Positions 55,127-64,000 of a stretch of DNA of 64,000 bases are shown piece after piece. The position numbers were made by a program, and so were the translations under genes. The DNA is taken from assembly GCA_002328075.1 (NCBI GenBank), contig DCVT01000044.1, positions 144,907-208,906 of the forward strand, written 5' to 3'. The notes beneath the pieces are model-generated. The model ran no database searches and was not told where the DNA came from. It worked only from the letters and a program-made list of their open reading frames with translations. The number at the start of each line of letters is the position of its first letter. Position 1 is the stretch's first letter. This DNA is from Anaerolineales bacterium UBA2181 (lineage in GTDB: Bacteria; Chloroflexota; Anaerolineae; Promineifilales; UBA4811).

Positions 55127-58100
55127 ATGAAGAAGCGATTTCCTGCATATACCCTGTTTCTTTGCCTGGCTGTCTGCCTTGCGGCCTGTGGAACACCAAC
55201 GGCCACGCCTCAGCCTGACGCTTTGACCACACCGGCAGCGTCGGCGCCCGCCGCGGTTGAGCCAGGGTCGGCAACAACCGCCACCCAGTTGCCAGCAGTC
55301 GGGCCGGTGGCGGTCGGCGAGCCCATCTACCTGGCCATCATCTGGCACCAGCACCAGCCGCTCTACTTTCGGGATCCGGTCACCAGGATCTACCAAAAAC
55401 CATGGGTCCGTGTCCACGCTGCCAAGGATTATGTGGACATGGCGGCGATCCTGGAGCAGCACCCGGGCATCCAGGTGACTTTCAACCTGACTCCTTCGCT
55501 GTTGCGGCAGCTGCTGGACCTAGAAAACGGAGCCACCGACCTCTACTGGGTACACACAGAGGTGCCGGCCGACGAGTTGACTGAGGAGCAACAGGCATTT
55601 ATCCTCAGTCGCTTTTTTGACATCAACCCCAAGATCATCGCCCGGTTCGCGCGTTATCAAGAGATCGCAGGTGATCGCGAGAACAGCTCAAACTGGGATG
55701 TCCAGACCTGGCGCGACCTGCAGGTGCTCTTCAACCTGGGGTGGACCGACCCCGACTGGCTGGCGGCCGAGCCGCTGGCAACCGTGATGGCCAAGGGCAA
55801 GAACTGGACCGAGGAGGACAAGCAGATTGTCTTGCAGGAACACGCGCGGTTGGTCGCCGAGGTCATTCCGCTTCATCAGCGGCTGCAGGATGAGGGCACC
55901 ATCGAGGTGACCACGACACCCTTTTTCCACCCCATCCTGCCGCTGTTGTTGGACAGCAACCTGGCCAACGTGGCAGTTCCTGATATTGACCTGCCCCCGC
56001 GGTTTACCTATGGCTTTGACGCGGTGGAGCAAATCCGCCTGGGCGTCGAGTTCTATCAGCAACAATTCGGCCGAGCGCCACTGGGTATGTGGCCGGCCGA
56101 AGGCGCAGTTGCCCAGGGAATCGTCGGAATGGTCGCCCGCGCCGGAATTCAGTGGATGGCCAGTGACGAGGAGGTCTTGGCGCGCAGCCTTGGCATGAGC
56201 ACGTTTACCCGCAACAGCCAGGACACCGTCCAACAGCCAGATGCCCTGTATCGGCCGTACATTGTCAAGAGCCGGGACGACCAGATGTATATTGTCTTTC
56301 GTGACAAAGTGATCAGCGACAAGGTGGGATTCACCTACAGCGGCTCGAGCGGCGCAACAGCGGGTCAGGATTTTGTCCAGCGCATCCTGGCCATTCGCGA
56401 AAGTTTGCAGGCTTCTGGTGCCGCGGGACCGCACCTCGTCAGCGTGATCCTGGACGGTGAAAACGCATGGGAGCACTATCCTAACGACGGCAAGGAGTTC
56501 TTGCACACCATGTACCGGCTGCTGGCGGACGAACAGGACAAGGGAACCATCCAAACCATCACTCCCAGCGCATTCGTCTCCCAGTTCCCGGATCAGCCCC
56601 AAATCGACGAATTGTGGGCCGGAAGCTGGGTCAGCCCTGACTATCTGACCTGGATCGGCGAGGAGGAGGAAAACCGAGCCTGGGATTACCTATATCAGGT
56701 CCGCAACATGGTGGAGCGCAAGAAACACACGCTGTCGGAGGAGACCCTGGCAGCGGTGATGGATGCCATCTATACAGCGGAAGGCAGTGACTGGTTCTGG
56801 TGGTACGGCGCAGACCAGAACAGCGGGGATGACGCCAGTTTTGATCTTCAGTTCCGCCTGACGCTTCAGCGGGTGTACGAACACATGAACGAGCCGATAC
56901 CGAGCTTTCTCAAGGTGCCGGTGATCCCTCAGACCGCCCAACCCCCGGCCGCCGGTGCCTCGGCTCTCATCTCGCCACAGATCGATGGTAAGGCAGACGA
57001 AGGCGAGTGGGCGGGCGCGGGTTACTATCTGGAGGAAGGTGGCGTGCAGGCCACTCCTTCTCAGGTTGTTTCCCAACTCTGGTACGGGTTCGATCAGCAG
57101 AACCTCTTCCTCAGGCTCGACGCACGGCGGCCCTGGAACGACATTGGAGCCGAGACCCGCGTCGGATTCTACCTGACCCGCCCGGGTGGTGGCAACGAGC
57201 AGCCCTTCAGCCGGATAGGCGGCGACGAGACATTGCTCGGCTTCCTGGCCCACGCGCTGTTGGAGGTGACCGTCACCCGTGACGGACTCGATGCGACGCT
57301 GTACCGCGTTGACGAAACCGGTCGTTATGCCCTTCAGAGCAGTGACCTGCCGGTTGGCGTGGCGGCTAGCACGATGGAGGTGGCCTTGCCCTATGCCGAG
57401 TTTGGCAAACCGGACGCGGGCGATACCTTTAGACTGCGGACGGTTATCAGCGAAGCGGAACAGCGAGACATACAGGTTGTACCCGCCGTCGGTCCGGGCG
57501 CATTGGTCGTGCCCGACCTGGGTTTGACCACGCCCATCCTCACCGTTGCCGACCCAGAAAGGGACGATCACGGACCTGGAAGCTACGAGTATCCCAGCGA
57601 CGGGGTCTTTGCCGCCCGCGCCTATGACCTGGTGGAATTTGCTGTGGCCGAAGACGACAACAATCTGATCTTTCGGTTCACGTTTGCCGGCCCGCTTAAC
57701 AACAGCTGGGGAGCACCCAATGGGATGGGCATTCACACCCTGGACGTCTATGTCGACGCAGCCCCTGGCGGTGAGCGCAAATTACTACCCGGCCGCAACG
57801 CGGCATTGGCAGAGAGCGATGGTTGGGAGTTTGCCATCTGGGCGGAAGGCTGGACGCCAGGGCTTTATGGTCCCCCCACATTGGATGTGCCCAAACCGAT
57901 CCCGATAGGCGACGCCAGCACGCTCAACATCGTCAGCGACCCAGGCCAGAACAAAATCACCATACGGGTGCCCAAGGCGGCTCTGGCATCGGCGTTGGGT
58001 TCGACGGTTGATGCGCTTCGACCGGCCGAATGGGGTTATGTGGCTGCGGTCTTGGGTCAGGAGGGTTACCCGGCCAGCGGCGTCTGGCGGGTACGCGATG

Positions 58101-58303
58101 TGGAGCCAAGCGCGCAGCAATGGCGGTTTGGCGGAGCCCCAACCGATATCAATCATACGCGCATCATCGACCTGGCGTGGCCGGCCGACAAGGCCCCCAC
58201 CCAGGAAGAGATGTTGAGTACCTATCTGTCGGTTGCGCAAGGAGACATCGACGAAATCGGGCCCGATGACCTGGCACAGGTGAGCCTGATGCGGGTGCAG
58301 TAA
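55127..58303 (+). CDS. GH57-family alpha-glucan-active lipoprotein (amylopullulanase/alpha-amylase-like) with glucodextranase-C-like C-terminal domain
   Basis: ATG 55127 (AAGGAG upstream) gives the lipoprotein signal MKKRFPAYTLFLCLAVCLAAC. GH57 conserved regions: LAIIWHQHQPLY, MWPAEGAV (nucleophile Glu region), VILDGENAWEHY (acid/base Asp region). The C-terminal ADPERDDHGPGSYEYPSDGVFAARAYDLVEFAV...WGAPNGMGIHTLDVYVD resembles the glucodextranase C-terminal module. Confidence 0.85.
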   Translation: MKKRFPAYTLFLCLAVCLAACGTPTATPQPDALTTPAASAPAAVEPGSATTATQLPAVGPVAVGEPIYLAIIWHQHQPLYFRDPVTRIYQKPWVRVHAAKDYVDMAAILEQHPGIQVTFNLTPSLLRQLLDLENGATDLYWVHTEVPADELTEEQQAFILSRFFDINPKIIARFARYQEIAGDRENSSNWDVQTWRDLQVLFNLGWTDPDWLAAEPLATVMAKGKNWTEEDKQIVLQEHARLVAEVIPLHQRLQDEGTIEVTTTPFFHPILPLLLDSNLANVAVPDIDLPPRFTYGFDAVEQIRLGVEFYQQQFGRAPLGMWPAEGAVAQGIVGMVARAGIQWMASDEEVLARSLGMSTFTRNSQDTVQQPDALYRPYIVKSRDDQMYIVFRDKVISDKVGFTYSGSSGATAGQDFVQRILAIRESLQASGAAGPHLVSVILDGENAWEHYPNDGKEFLHTMYRLLADEQDKGTIQTITPSAFVSQFPDQPQIDELWAGSWVSPDYLTWIGEEEENRAWDYLYQVRNMVERKKHTLSEETLAAVMDAIYTAEGSDWFWWYGADQNSGDDASFDLQFRLTLQRVYEHMNEPIPSFLKVPVIPQTAQPPAAGASALISPQIDGKADEGEWAGAGYYLEEGGVQATPSQVVSQLWYGFDQQNLFLRLDARRPWNDIGAETRVGFYLTRPGGGNEQPFSRIGGDETLLGFLAHALLEVTVTRDGLDATLYRVDETGRYALQSSDLPVGVAASTMEVALPYAEFGKPDAGDTFRLRTVISEAEQRDIQVVPAVGPGALVVPDLGLTTPILTVADPERDDHGPGSYEYPSDGVFAARAYDLVEFAVAEDDNNLIFRFTFAGPLNNSWGAPNGMGIHTLDVYVDAAPGGERKLLPGRNAALAESDGWEFAIWAEGWTPGLYGPPTLDVPKPIPIGDASTLNIVSDPGQNKITIRVPKAALASALGSTVDALRPAEWGYVAAVLGQEGYPASGVWRVRDVEPSAQQWRFGGAPTDINHTRIIDLAWPADKAPTQEEMLSTYLSVAQGDIDEIGPDDLAQVSLMRVQ

Positions 58304-58487
58304 TGCCACCCCACCGGAGGGCCTGGCATTTGCGGCGTGCGCCGCAGTTGTAACGCTCGGGCATGTCCGATGACGTATGTCACTGGGCGGCAATCACATA
58401 TGGGGCTTGCCCGACCGGAGTAGTCTGGCAGAATTGGTGGCAGCGTTGAGACTAGTCCACCAACATGCAATACCAAGGAGACAATAA

Positions 58488-59000
58488 ATGAACGACATGA
58501 CCAAGGATCACCTCAAGGCCGCGTTTGCTGGCGAGAGCCAGGCCTACATGAAATATACGATATTCGGCGAACAGGCCGATAAGGAAGGCAAACCACGAAT
58601 TGCCAACCTGTTTCGGGCCATTGCCTATGCCGAGAAGGTGCATGCGTCAAACCACCTCAAGGCATTGGGGATGGTGGGCAGCACCGCCAATAACCTGCTC
58701 GCCGCCAAGGGAGGCGAGGACTATGAAGTGGACCAGATGTACCCCGCCTTTCTGGCGGTAGCCGAGATGCAGTCGGAAAAGGCCGCCGTCCGCGTGATGA
58801 ACTATGCCCTGGAGGCGGAAAAGATTCACTCAGATATGTACGCGGCCGCCAAGGCGGCGGTCGATGCCGGCGAGGACATCTCCGAAGTCAAAGCCTGGGT
58901 CTGCCCGGTCTGCGGCTTCACGGTCCTGGGCGATGACCTGCCGGACCGCTGCCCCGTGTGCAACGCGCTCAAGAAGGTCTTTATCGAGTTTAACGTCTGA
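58488..59000 (+). CDS. rbr: rubrerythrin
   Basis: The N-terminal ferritin-like four-helix domain has paired E..H ligands (AGESQAYMKY, AYAEKVHASNH, LEAEKIHSDMY). The C-terminal rubredoxin site is CPVCG...CPVCN. Confidence 0.92.
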   Translation: MNDMTKDHLKAAFAGESQAYMKYTIFGEQADKEGKPRIANLFRAIAYAEKVHASNHLKALGMVGSTANNLLAAKGGEDYEVDQMYPAFLAVAEMQSEKAAVRVMNYALEAEKIHSDMYAAAKAAVDAGEDISEVKAWVCPVCGFTVLGDDLPDRCPVCNALKKVFIEFNV

Positions 59001-59097
59001 TCTCTGCCCGCAACCCGGCTGTCGCCGCCTGCCAGCACCGAATCAAGCACGGGGCGCAGGCGGCGCCGGCTTGGGTCAGATCAGGGTCGAATCGGTC

Positions 59098-59730
59098 ATG
59101 AGCAGTCTGTTCCGCCTCAACCGGTTCTACGACCAAGTGGCGCCCATCTATGCCGGAGCTGTTCAGTTCTTGCCAGTATGGCGTCGCTACATGCAGGCCG
59201 TATTGCCTTGGATTTCGCCCGGCGCCAGCGTGCTGGAGCTCGGCCCGGGACCGGGCGTGCTGCTGGCGCAGATTTCGCAATGCCAGCCCCTCGCCACGGG
59301 GTTGGACCGGTCGCGCGGCATGTTACGGCAGGCCCGGCGGCGGCTGGTGCGTGCCGGGCAACCGATCCGACTCGTCCAGGGCGACGGCACGTGTCTACCC
59401 TTTCCCAGCCAATCCTTCGACTGCGTTGCACTCACCTTCACCCTGAGCGCGGTGGCAGACGGCGAACGCGCCGTCCAGGAGATGGCACGGGTCCTCCGCC
59501 GGGCGGATCCCTCCCGAGGTCACGCGGGCGGAATCCTGGCGTTGGTGGATGCGGGATACCCGGCCGACCGCAACTGGGCGGGTTCGGCGCTGGCCAGGCT
59601 TTGGGAATCGGGCGGGGATCGCATGCGCTGCGAGGCCGCGTTGGTTGAGGCCGCCGGTCTATGCGTGATTCACCAGAAGGAGTTTGGCGCATTCAATAGC
59701 ATCCACCTGATGGTCGCTCGGCGAAAGTAG
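59098..59730 (+). CDS. class I SAM-dependent methyltransferase
   Basis: The ORF opens at 58804 inside rbr. ATG 59098 gives 210 aa with motif I VLELGPGPGVL, GLDRSRGML, LPFPSQSFDCVALTF. The architecture resembles the 46222..46938 product. Confidence 0.75.
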   Translation: MSSLFRLNRFYDQVAPIYAGAVQFLPVWRRYMQAVLPWISPGASVLELGPGPGVLLAQISQCQPLATGLDRSRGMLRQARRRLVRAGQPIRLVQGDGTCLPFPSQSFDCVALTFTLSAVADGERAVQEMARVLRRADPSRGHAGGILALVDAGYPADRNWAGSALARLWESGGDRMRCEAALVEAAGLCVIHQKEFGAFNSIHLMVARRK

Positions 59731-59741
59731 CAGCCAACCGC

Positions 59742-60410
59742 GTGGTCATCTTGGATCAGTCCGTGGGGAGCACAACCATGCCAAACGAGTTGCCGTCGGC
59801 AGAATCCACCCTGGCGCTCCTGATGAGTCGCCGCAGCATACGGCGCTACCGACCGGACCCGGTGCCCGAGGAGATGCTGGAGCAGATACTCGAGGCCGGC
59901 CGGTGGGCGCCGTCCGCCAGCAACCGGCAGCCCTGGTCTTTCGTGGTCATTCGTGACCCGTCGATCCGGCGTGAGGTGGCTCAGAATGCAGCCGCGGTTG
60001 TCATCCGCTGGGCCCATGCGGCCGAAGCGCCGCTCCTCATCGCCCTCTGCGGCCATGCGGGAAACCCATTGTACCGCCAATTCCTGCACGAAGATATCGG
60101 ACTGGCGGGCGGCCAAATGATGCTCCAGGCCAAGGCCTTGGGATTGGGAACCTGTTGGCTAGGAGGAGTGGACCGAGAGGCTATTGCAGCCATTCTCCAT
60201 CTGCCATCAGACATTGAGGTGATCGGTGTCCTGACCGTTGGGTTTCCGGCCGAAGAGCCGCCCGCACCGCAGCGGAAACCACTCGCCCAGGTCGTCCATC
60301 ATGACGTCTACGGCAACCAGACTGCCGGGGCCGCAGTCAGCGCCGGGCACGTTCGTGGCGGCCCCTTGTCTATCATGCTCCGTCGCCTTCGGTTGCCATT
60401 TCGAACCTGA
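59742..60410 (+). CDS. nitroreductase-family protein
   Basis: LLMSRRSIRRYRPDPVPEEMLEQILEAGRWAPSASNRQPWSFVVIRD, then GQMMLQAKALGLGTCWLGG. Start is GTG 59742 or ATG 59778. Confidence 0.85.
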   Translation: MVILDQSVGSTTMPNELPSAESTLALLMSRRSIRRYRPDPVPEEMLEQILEAGRWAPSASNRQPWSFVVIRDPSIRREVAQNAAAVVIRWAHAAEAPLLIALCGHAGNPLYRQFLHEDIGLAGGQMMLQAKALGLGTCWLGGVDREAIAAILHLPSDIEVIGVLTVGFPAEEPPAPQRKPLAQVVHHDVYGNQTAGAAVSAGHVRGGPLSIMLRRLRLPFRT

Positions 60411-61546
60411 TGGACGCCGACACAATCATCGTGGGAGCCGGACCGGCCGGCCTGTCCACCGGCCTTTTCCTACAACAGGCAGCCCCCAATCTGGCGCGCC
60501 GAACCTTGATCCTGGAACAGGCACATCACCCGCGCCCCAAACTGTGCGCCGGCGGCTTGCTTCCCTCGGTTGATGTCTATCTGCGCTTGCTGGGGCTGGA
60601 TCCGGATGCGATCCCCTCAGCACCGGTGCGAGAAATCGTCCTTCAGTTCGAACAAAGGACGGCGGTTATCCGCCGTTTGCCCCTGGTATTTCGCACTGTC
60701 CGGCGCGAGGACTTTGATGCGTGGTTGGCCCGTTGTGCCCGCGAGCGCGGCATCCAGATCCAAGAGGGTGTGCGGGTCCGCCGCGTTGAACGGCGCGAGG
60801 GCTGGATGGTCGCCGTCACTGATCGCGGTCCCTTGTGCGCCCAGGCCATTGTTGGCGCCGACGGTTCCAAGAGCGTGGTCCGAAGCGCTATCGTAGGCGG
60901 TGCCGAACCCAAGCACCTGGCGCGCCTGATCGAGGTTCGTTGCGCCGGAGCCGCTCGCAGGAGCCCGGACCAGGCCAATTTTGACTTTTCGCACATTCCG
61001 GCCGGTGTCCAGGGCTATGCTTGGGATTTTCCATCACCTGGAATTGGCGACAACCTGCGCACGTGGGGGGTATATGACAGCCGCATTCGGTCCGGCAGGC
61101 CCCATCCGTCTCTCAAGCCGTTCCTGGACGAAAGCTTGCGACTGGACAATGGCCAGGCCAGGGACCTTGGGGTCCAGGGCCATCCGCTGCGCTGGTTTCA
61201 TCCGCGCGCGGTGTTGTCGGCGCCGCGGGTGTTGCTGGTAGGCGATGCGGCCGGTACCGACCCTGTTGTGGGCGAGGGCATCAGTTTCGCGCTCGGCTAC
61301 GGGCAAGTGGCGGCAGCAGCGTTGCAGGACGCTTTCGAGCGGGACGATTTCTCTTTTGCGGGTTACCGCCGACAGGTGCGGCGCCACCGGATCGGCCGTT
61401 TTCTCATGCGTCGGTACGTGGCGGCCGTCCTCCTGTACGGTCTGCAGAGCCGAACAGCTTATCGCCTGGTATGGCCGGCTTTGGGGTTGCTGGCGCGGGC
61501 GCTCTTTGTTGATTGGGGTGACCGGCGGGCTGCAAGAACCGGCTGA
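60410..61546 (+). CDS. FAD-dependent oxidoreductase (geranylgeranyl-reductase-like family)
   Basis: MDADTIIVGAGPAGLSTGLFL (dinucleotide-binding GxGxxG), IVGADGSKSVVR, LLVGDAAG. The ATG shares one base with the upstream stop (TGATG). Confidence 0.8.
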   Translation: MDADTIIVGAGPAGLSTGLFLQQAAPNLARRTLILEQAHHPRPKLCAGGLLPSVDVYLRLLGLDPDAIPSAPVREIVLQFEQRTAVIRRLPLVFRTVRREDFDAWLARCARERGIQIQEGVRVRRVERREGWMVAVTDRGPLCAQAIVGADGSKSVVRSAIVGGAEPKHLARLIEVRCAGAARRSPDQANFDFSHIPAGVQGYAWDFPSPGIGDNLRTWGVYDSRIRSGRPHPSLKPFLDESLRLDNGQARDLGVQGHPLRWFHPRAVLSAPRVLLVGDAAGTDPVVGEGISFALGYGQVAAAALQDAFERDDFSFAGYRRQVRRHRIGRFLMRRYVAAVLLYGLQSRTAYRLVWPALGLLARALFVDWGDRRAARTG

Positions 61547-62193
61547 CATCAGCCTCGGCGTTCAACCGACCCAGAATCCACACACACGCCACGCCGTCCG
61601 GCAACCAATGACCCATACCACGCCGGTCAGGTGGGCCGGCCCGATGCCAGCGCGGTTCACCGGTCTGCCACAATATACGTTGCCCGGGTCTGGATCGCCG
61701 CCGTGGCGGGTTGCACGTGGCGGAGGTTTTCAGGCCGTGGGCACAGATTCGTGCGCCTTTCGGTTGTACACCTTTCAGTCTGCCCTGCAGTCCGGGCGGA
61801 CGCCACCCTCCAAGAACCTGACGTGTATGAACGCTGAGCCGCGCTGTTTTTCGCCGGTTTGGCGGCAGACAGTGTATGCGACACACGATTGAGCGCCCTA
61901 GCCGTCCTGACCGGTGCCCGTAACTCCGGCAATACCCCAGTTGCCTATTTCGGGATAAGTGCTTTTGCTGTTGCCATGCGATGCCCCCAACAACCGCCTG
62001 CAGGCGGTCTGGTCTACACCTGACCCGGGCATCTGGTTGCAGGTCCTGGAGATTTATTCCCGCCGTGTTGGGATGTTGGTGGCACTCCAGGGACTTGACC
62101 GCGAATTCTGGCGCAAAACGGCCGACCGCGGTATGATCAGATTGTGAAGCCAAGTGAACTGGGAATAGTCACAAACTTTGTGGAGAGGAACAC

Positions 62194-63171
62194 ATGCTAA
62201 CGAACCAGGTGCTTTATCTTTCGCAGGCCGACGTTGCATCTGCCGGTGTGACAATGGCCGAGATCATCGACCTGCTGGAAATCGCTTTCCAAGAAAAAGG
62301 GCAAGGGCGCGTCGAGGCACCACCCAAACCGGGCATTCACCCTGGCGGGGGCGACAATTTCATCCATGCGATGCCAGCCTATATTCCCGGTCTCAACTCA
62401 GCAGGGATCAAATGGGTCAGCGGTTTCCCGGAGAACCACCGCCGGGGGCTTCCGTATATCACCGGCCTGCTCATCCTGAACGACGTAGAAACCGGTCTAC
62501 CGCTAGCGGTGATGGATTGTGTCTGGATCACTGCCATGCGAACTGGCGCGGCAACAGCGGTGGCTGCACGTCGACTGGCGCGCCCCGACTCCTCTGTAGC
62601 AGGCATCCTGGGTTGCGGCGTTCAGGGCCGAACCAACACGGAGGCCTTGAACGTGCTGTTTCCTTTGAAAAAGGTCATGGCGTACGATGTGAACCGCGAG
62701 GCTGCCCAACGGTTTGCTCGTGCGATTTCTGACCGCTTCCAGCTGGAGGTCATCGCCGTGGATCACCCACAGCAGGCGGTCACCGGTTGCGACCTGGTGG
62801 TGACGGCCGGCCCGATTCTCAAACAGCCCCACCAGACCATACTGCCCGGCTGGTTGGAACCTGGAGCGTTTGCTTCGCTGGTGGACTTTGACTCTTATTG
62901 GCATCCCGCCGCCATGAAACAGGCGGACAAGTTCTGCACCGATGATACCCCCCAATTGCGCCATTACCAGCAGGTGGGCTATTTCCAGGAGATACCCCCC
63001 GTGCATGCCGACTTGGGCGAACTGGTCACCGGTCGCAAACCGGGCCGCCAAACAGAGCACGAGCGGACCATGACGGCCAATCTGGGCCTGGGGATGGATG
63101 ACATGGCGGTGGCTCCAACCCTGTATCGCCGCGCCCAAGAGCAAGGCATCGGCACCTGGCTTCCGCTCTAG
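62194..63171 (+). CDS. ornithine cyclodeaminase/mu-crystallin-family NAD-dependent enzyme
   Basis: 325 aa, GGAGAGGA upstream. IKWVSGFPEN, ITAMRTGAATAVAARRLARPDS, Rossmann GILGCGVQGRTN, VVTAGP. The family pattern holds throughout. Confidence 0.85.
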   Translation: MLTNQVLYLSQADVASAGVTMAEIIDLLEIAFQEKGQGRVEAPPKPGIHPGGGDNFIHAMPAYIPGLNSAGIKWVSGFPENHRRGLPYITGLLILNDVETGLPLAVMDCVWITAMRTGAATAVAARRLARPDSSVAGILGCGVQGRTNTEALNVLFPLKKVMAYDVNREAAQRFARAISDRFQLEVIAVDHPQQAVTGCDLVVTAGPILKQPHQTILPGWLEPGAFASLVDFDSYWHPAAMKQADKFCTDDTPQLRHYQQVGYFQEIPPVHADLGELVTGRKPGRQTEHERTMTANLGLGMDDMAVAPTLYRRAQEQGIGTWLPL

Positions 63172-63505
63172 TGGCTTTCGCCAACGCCGGAATCGCGCAA
63201 ATCGCCCAGCGGCAAGGCTATGCTATCGCTTCGGCGGCGCGAAGGCTGCATGTTCCCCCTGGGCCGCAGCTTGATACGTTGGGCCGTAGTCCCAAGGAGT
63301 GGCCCTACAGGAAGGGGCTGGCATCGGCCTCGCCAGGGTCTCACGTGGCGCGCTCGCGCGGCGGGGTATGTCTGCAGCTCAAGCCTACAGTCGCTGAGGG
63401 GTGAGGGTTCGATGAACCGGACGGTTTGGCGTGGGCGCGAGCTGGTGGATTTGACGTATAATTGGCTCTTGTCGGCCATTTCTGTAGGCCGGGCACTGTA
63501 GGACG

Positions 63506-64000
63506 ATGAGTACCGCAGAGACGGGCACAGATCTCACCCCAACCAACGCAGAAAAACTGCGTGGCCTTCCCTGGGGCGTGGCATGGAGCGTAACTAACTC
63601 AGTCTTCGCTCAGTACACGTTCTTCGGATCCGTTTTTGTTCTTTTCCTGAACACGCTGGGCCTGGACAAGATCCAGATCGGCGGTTTGCTGTCCCTCTTT
63701 CCGTTTCTGGGCATTGTGGCGGTCTTTATCGCGTCGGCCATCGCCCGGTATGGGTACAAGCGAACATTCATCACCTTCATGTCTGCTCGCTGGCTCACGG
63801 CCGCCGGGTTCTTGCTGACACCCTGGTTGCTGTCGCGTTTCGGCCCGCGGGTAACACTGGGTTTTATCATCTTTGCAGTCAGTGCCTTTAGCCTGTTTCG
63901 CGCCGTCGCGTTCACCGCGTTTTACCCATGGCTCCAGGAACAGGTGCCCGACTCGATGCGCGGCAAATACTCGGCAGTCAAGAATGCGCTGGCCAGTCTG
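63506..64000 (+). CDS. MFS-type transporter, N-terminal 165 codons only (runs off the window)
   Basis: Not in the ORF track (no stop). ATG 63506 opens 165 stop-free codons: MSTAETGTDLTPTNAEKLRGLPWGVAWSVTNSVFAQYTFFGSVFVLFLNTLGLDKIQIGGLLSLFPFLGIVAVFIASAIARYGYKRTFI..., i.e. four or more TM helices with the loop 2-3 basic motif typical of MFS. A TATAAT lies at 63457-63462. Confidence 0.6.
   Translation, partial: MSTAETGTDLTPTNAEKLRGLPWGVAWSVTNSVFAQYTFFGSVFVLFLNTLGLDKIQIGGLLSLFPFLGIVAVFIASAIARYGYKRTFITFMSARWLTAAGFLLTPWLLSRFGPRVTLGFIIFAVSAFSLFRAVAFTAFYPWLQEQVPDSMRGKYSAVKNALASL

Noticed and set aside
58425-58442. CTGGCAGAATTGGTGGCA upstream of rubrerythrin, resembling a sigma54 -24/-12 promoter (TGGCAC-N5-TTGC).
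   Set aside because: The -12 element is GTGG rather than TTGC at the required spacing, and no enhancer-binding protein gene is nearby.
61789-61797. AGTCCGGGC, identical to part of the RNase P RNA CR-I core (GAGGAAAGUCCGGGC), inside the unassigned region.
   Set aside because: The flanking GAGGAA and the other universally conserved RNase P regions (for example ACAGAA..GGCUUA) are absent on either strand. A 9-mer match is expected by chance in GC-rich DNA.
63405-63418. GGGTTCGATGAACC, resembling a tRNA T-arm/T-loop; also GGTGGTTCGATCTCC near 7565.
   Set aside because: The flanking bases do not pair into a T-stem, and no acceptor, D or anticodon arms can be drawn. The second site lies inside a well-supported CDS.

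Overview
GC-rich bacterial chromosomal segment with about 50 protein genes. I saw no rRNA, tRNA, CRISPR array, transposase or integrase. All calls come from reading the supplied translations and the DNA by eye; no similarity search was run, so family names rest on recognised motifs. Blocks: (1) 1-23.1 kb is an almost entirely minus-strand cell-envelope glycan locus. It holds an SPFH protein, an O-antigen-ligase-like protein and six very large GT-C (ArnT/PMT-like) membrane glycosyltransferases, five of them in an alternating A|B-A|B-A tandem array. Upstream on the same strand are GT4, GT2, polyprenyl diphosphate synthase, TatD, phosphohexomutase and GDP-mannose 4,6-dehydratase. (2) 23.2-30.6 kb holds a PhoR/PhoB-like two-component pair, a textbook four-repeat Pho box, a GspE-N-domain protein and pstSCAB, with no phoU. 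(3) 30.8-37.1 kb holds a secreted S8 protease, DegV, an alpha/beta hydrolase and an M28 peptidase. (4) 37.4-39.8 kb holds lysine 2,3-aminomutase overlapping a Ddl-like ATP-grasp ligase. (5) 40.2-46.9 kb holds a DMT transporter, DUF2804, D-aminoacylase, dinB, a YbaK-like protein and a methyltransferase. (6) 46.9-47.8 kb is a YdjC/ChbG-type deacetylase broken over three reading frames, called as a pseudogene. (7) 48.0-58.3 kb is an alpha-glucan locus (ROK regulator, MalEFG-like transporter, GH57 lipoprotein) with a GT-C/beta-propeller fusion embedded in it. (8) 58.5-64 kb holds rubrerythrin, a methyltransferase, a nitroreductase, an FAD oxidoreductase, an ornithine-cyclodeaminase-family protein and a truncated MFS gene. 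The most unusual content is the GT-C array: 13 copies of an unnamed ~90-aa C-terminal module across six proteins, in what looks like a ~19 kb translationally coupled operon. The gene content is reminiscent of Chloroflexota-type bacteria, but that is only a guess.
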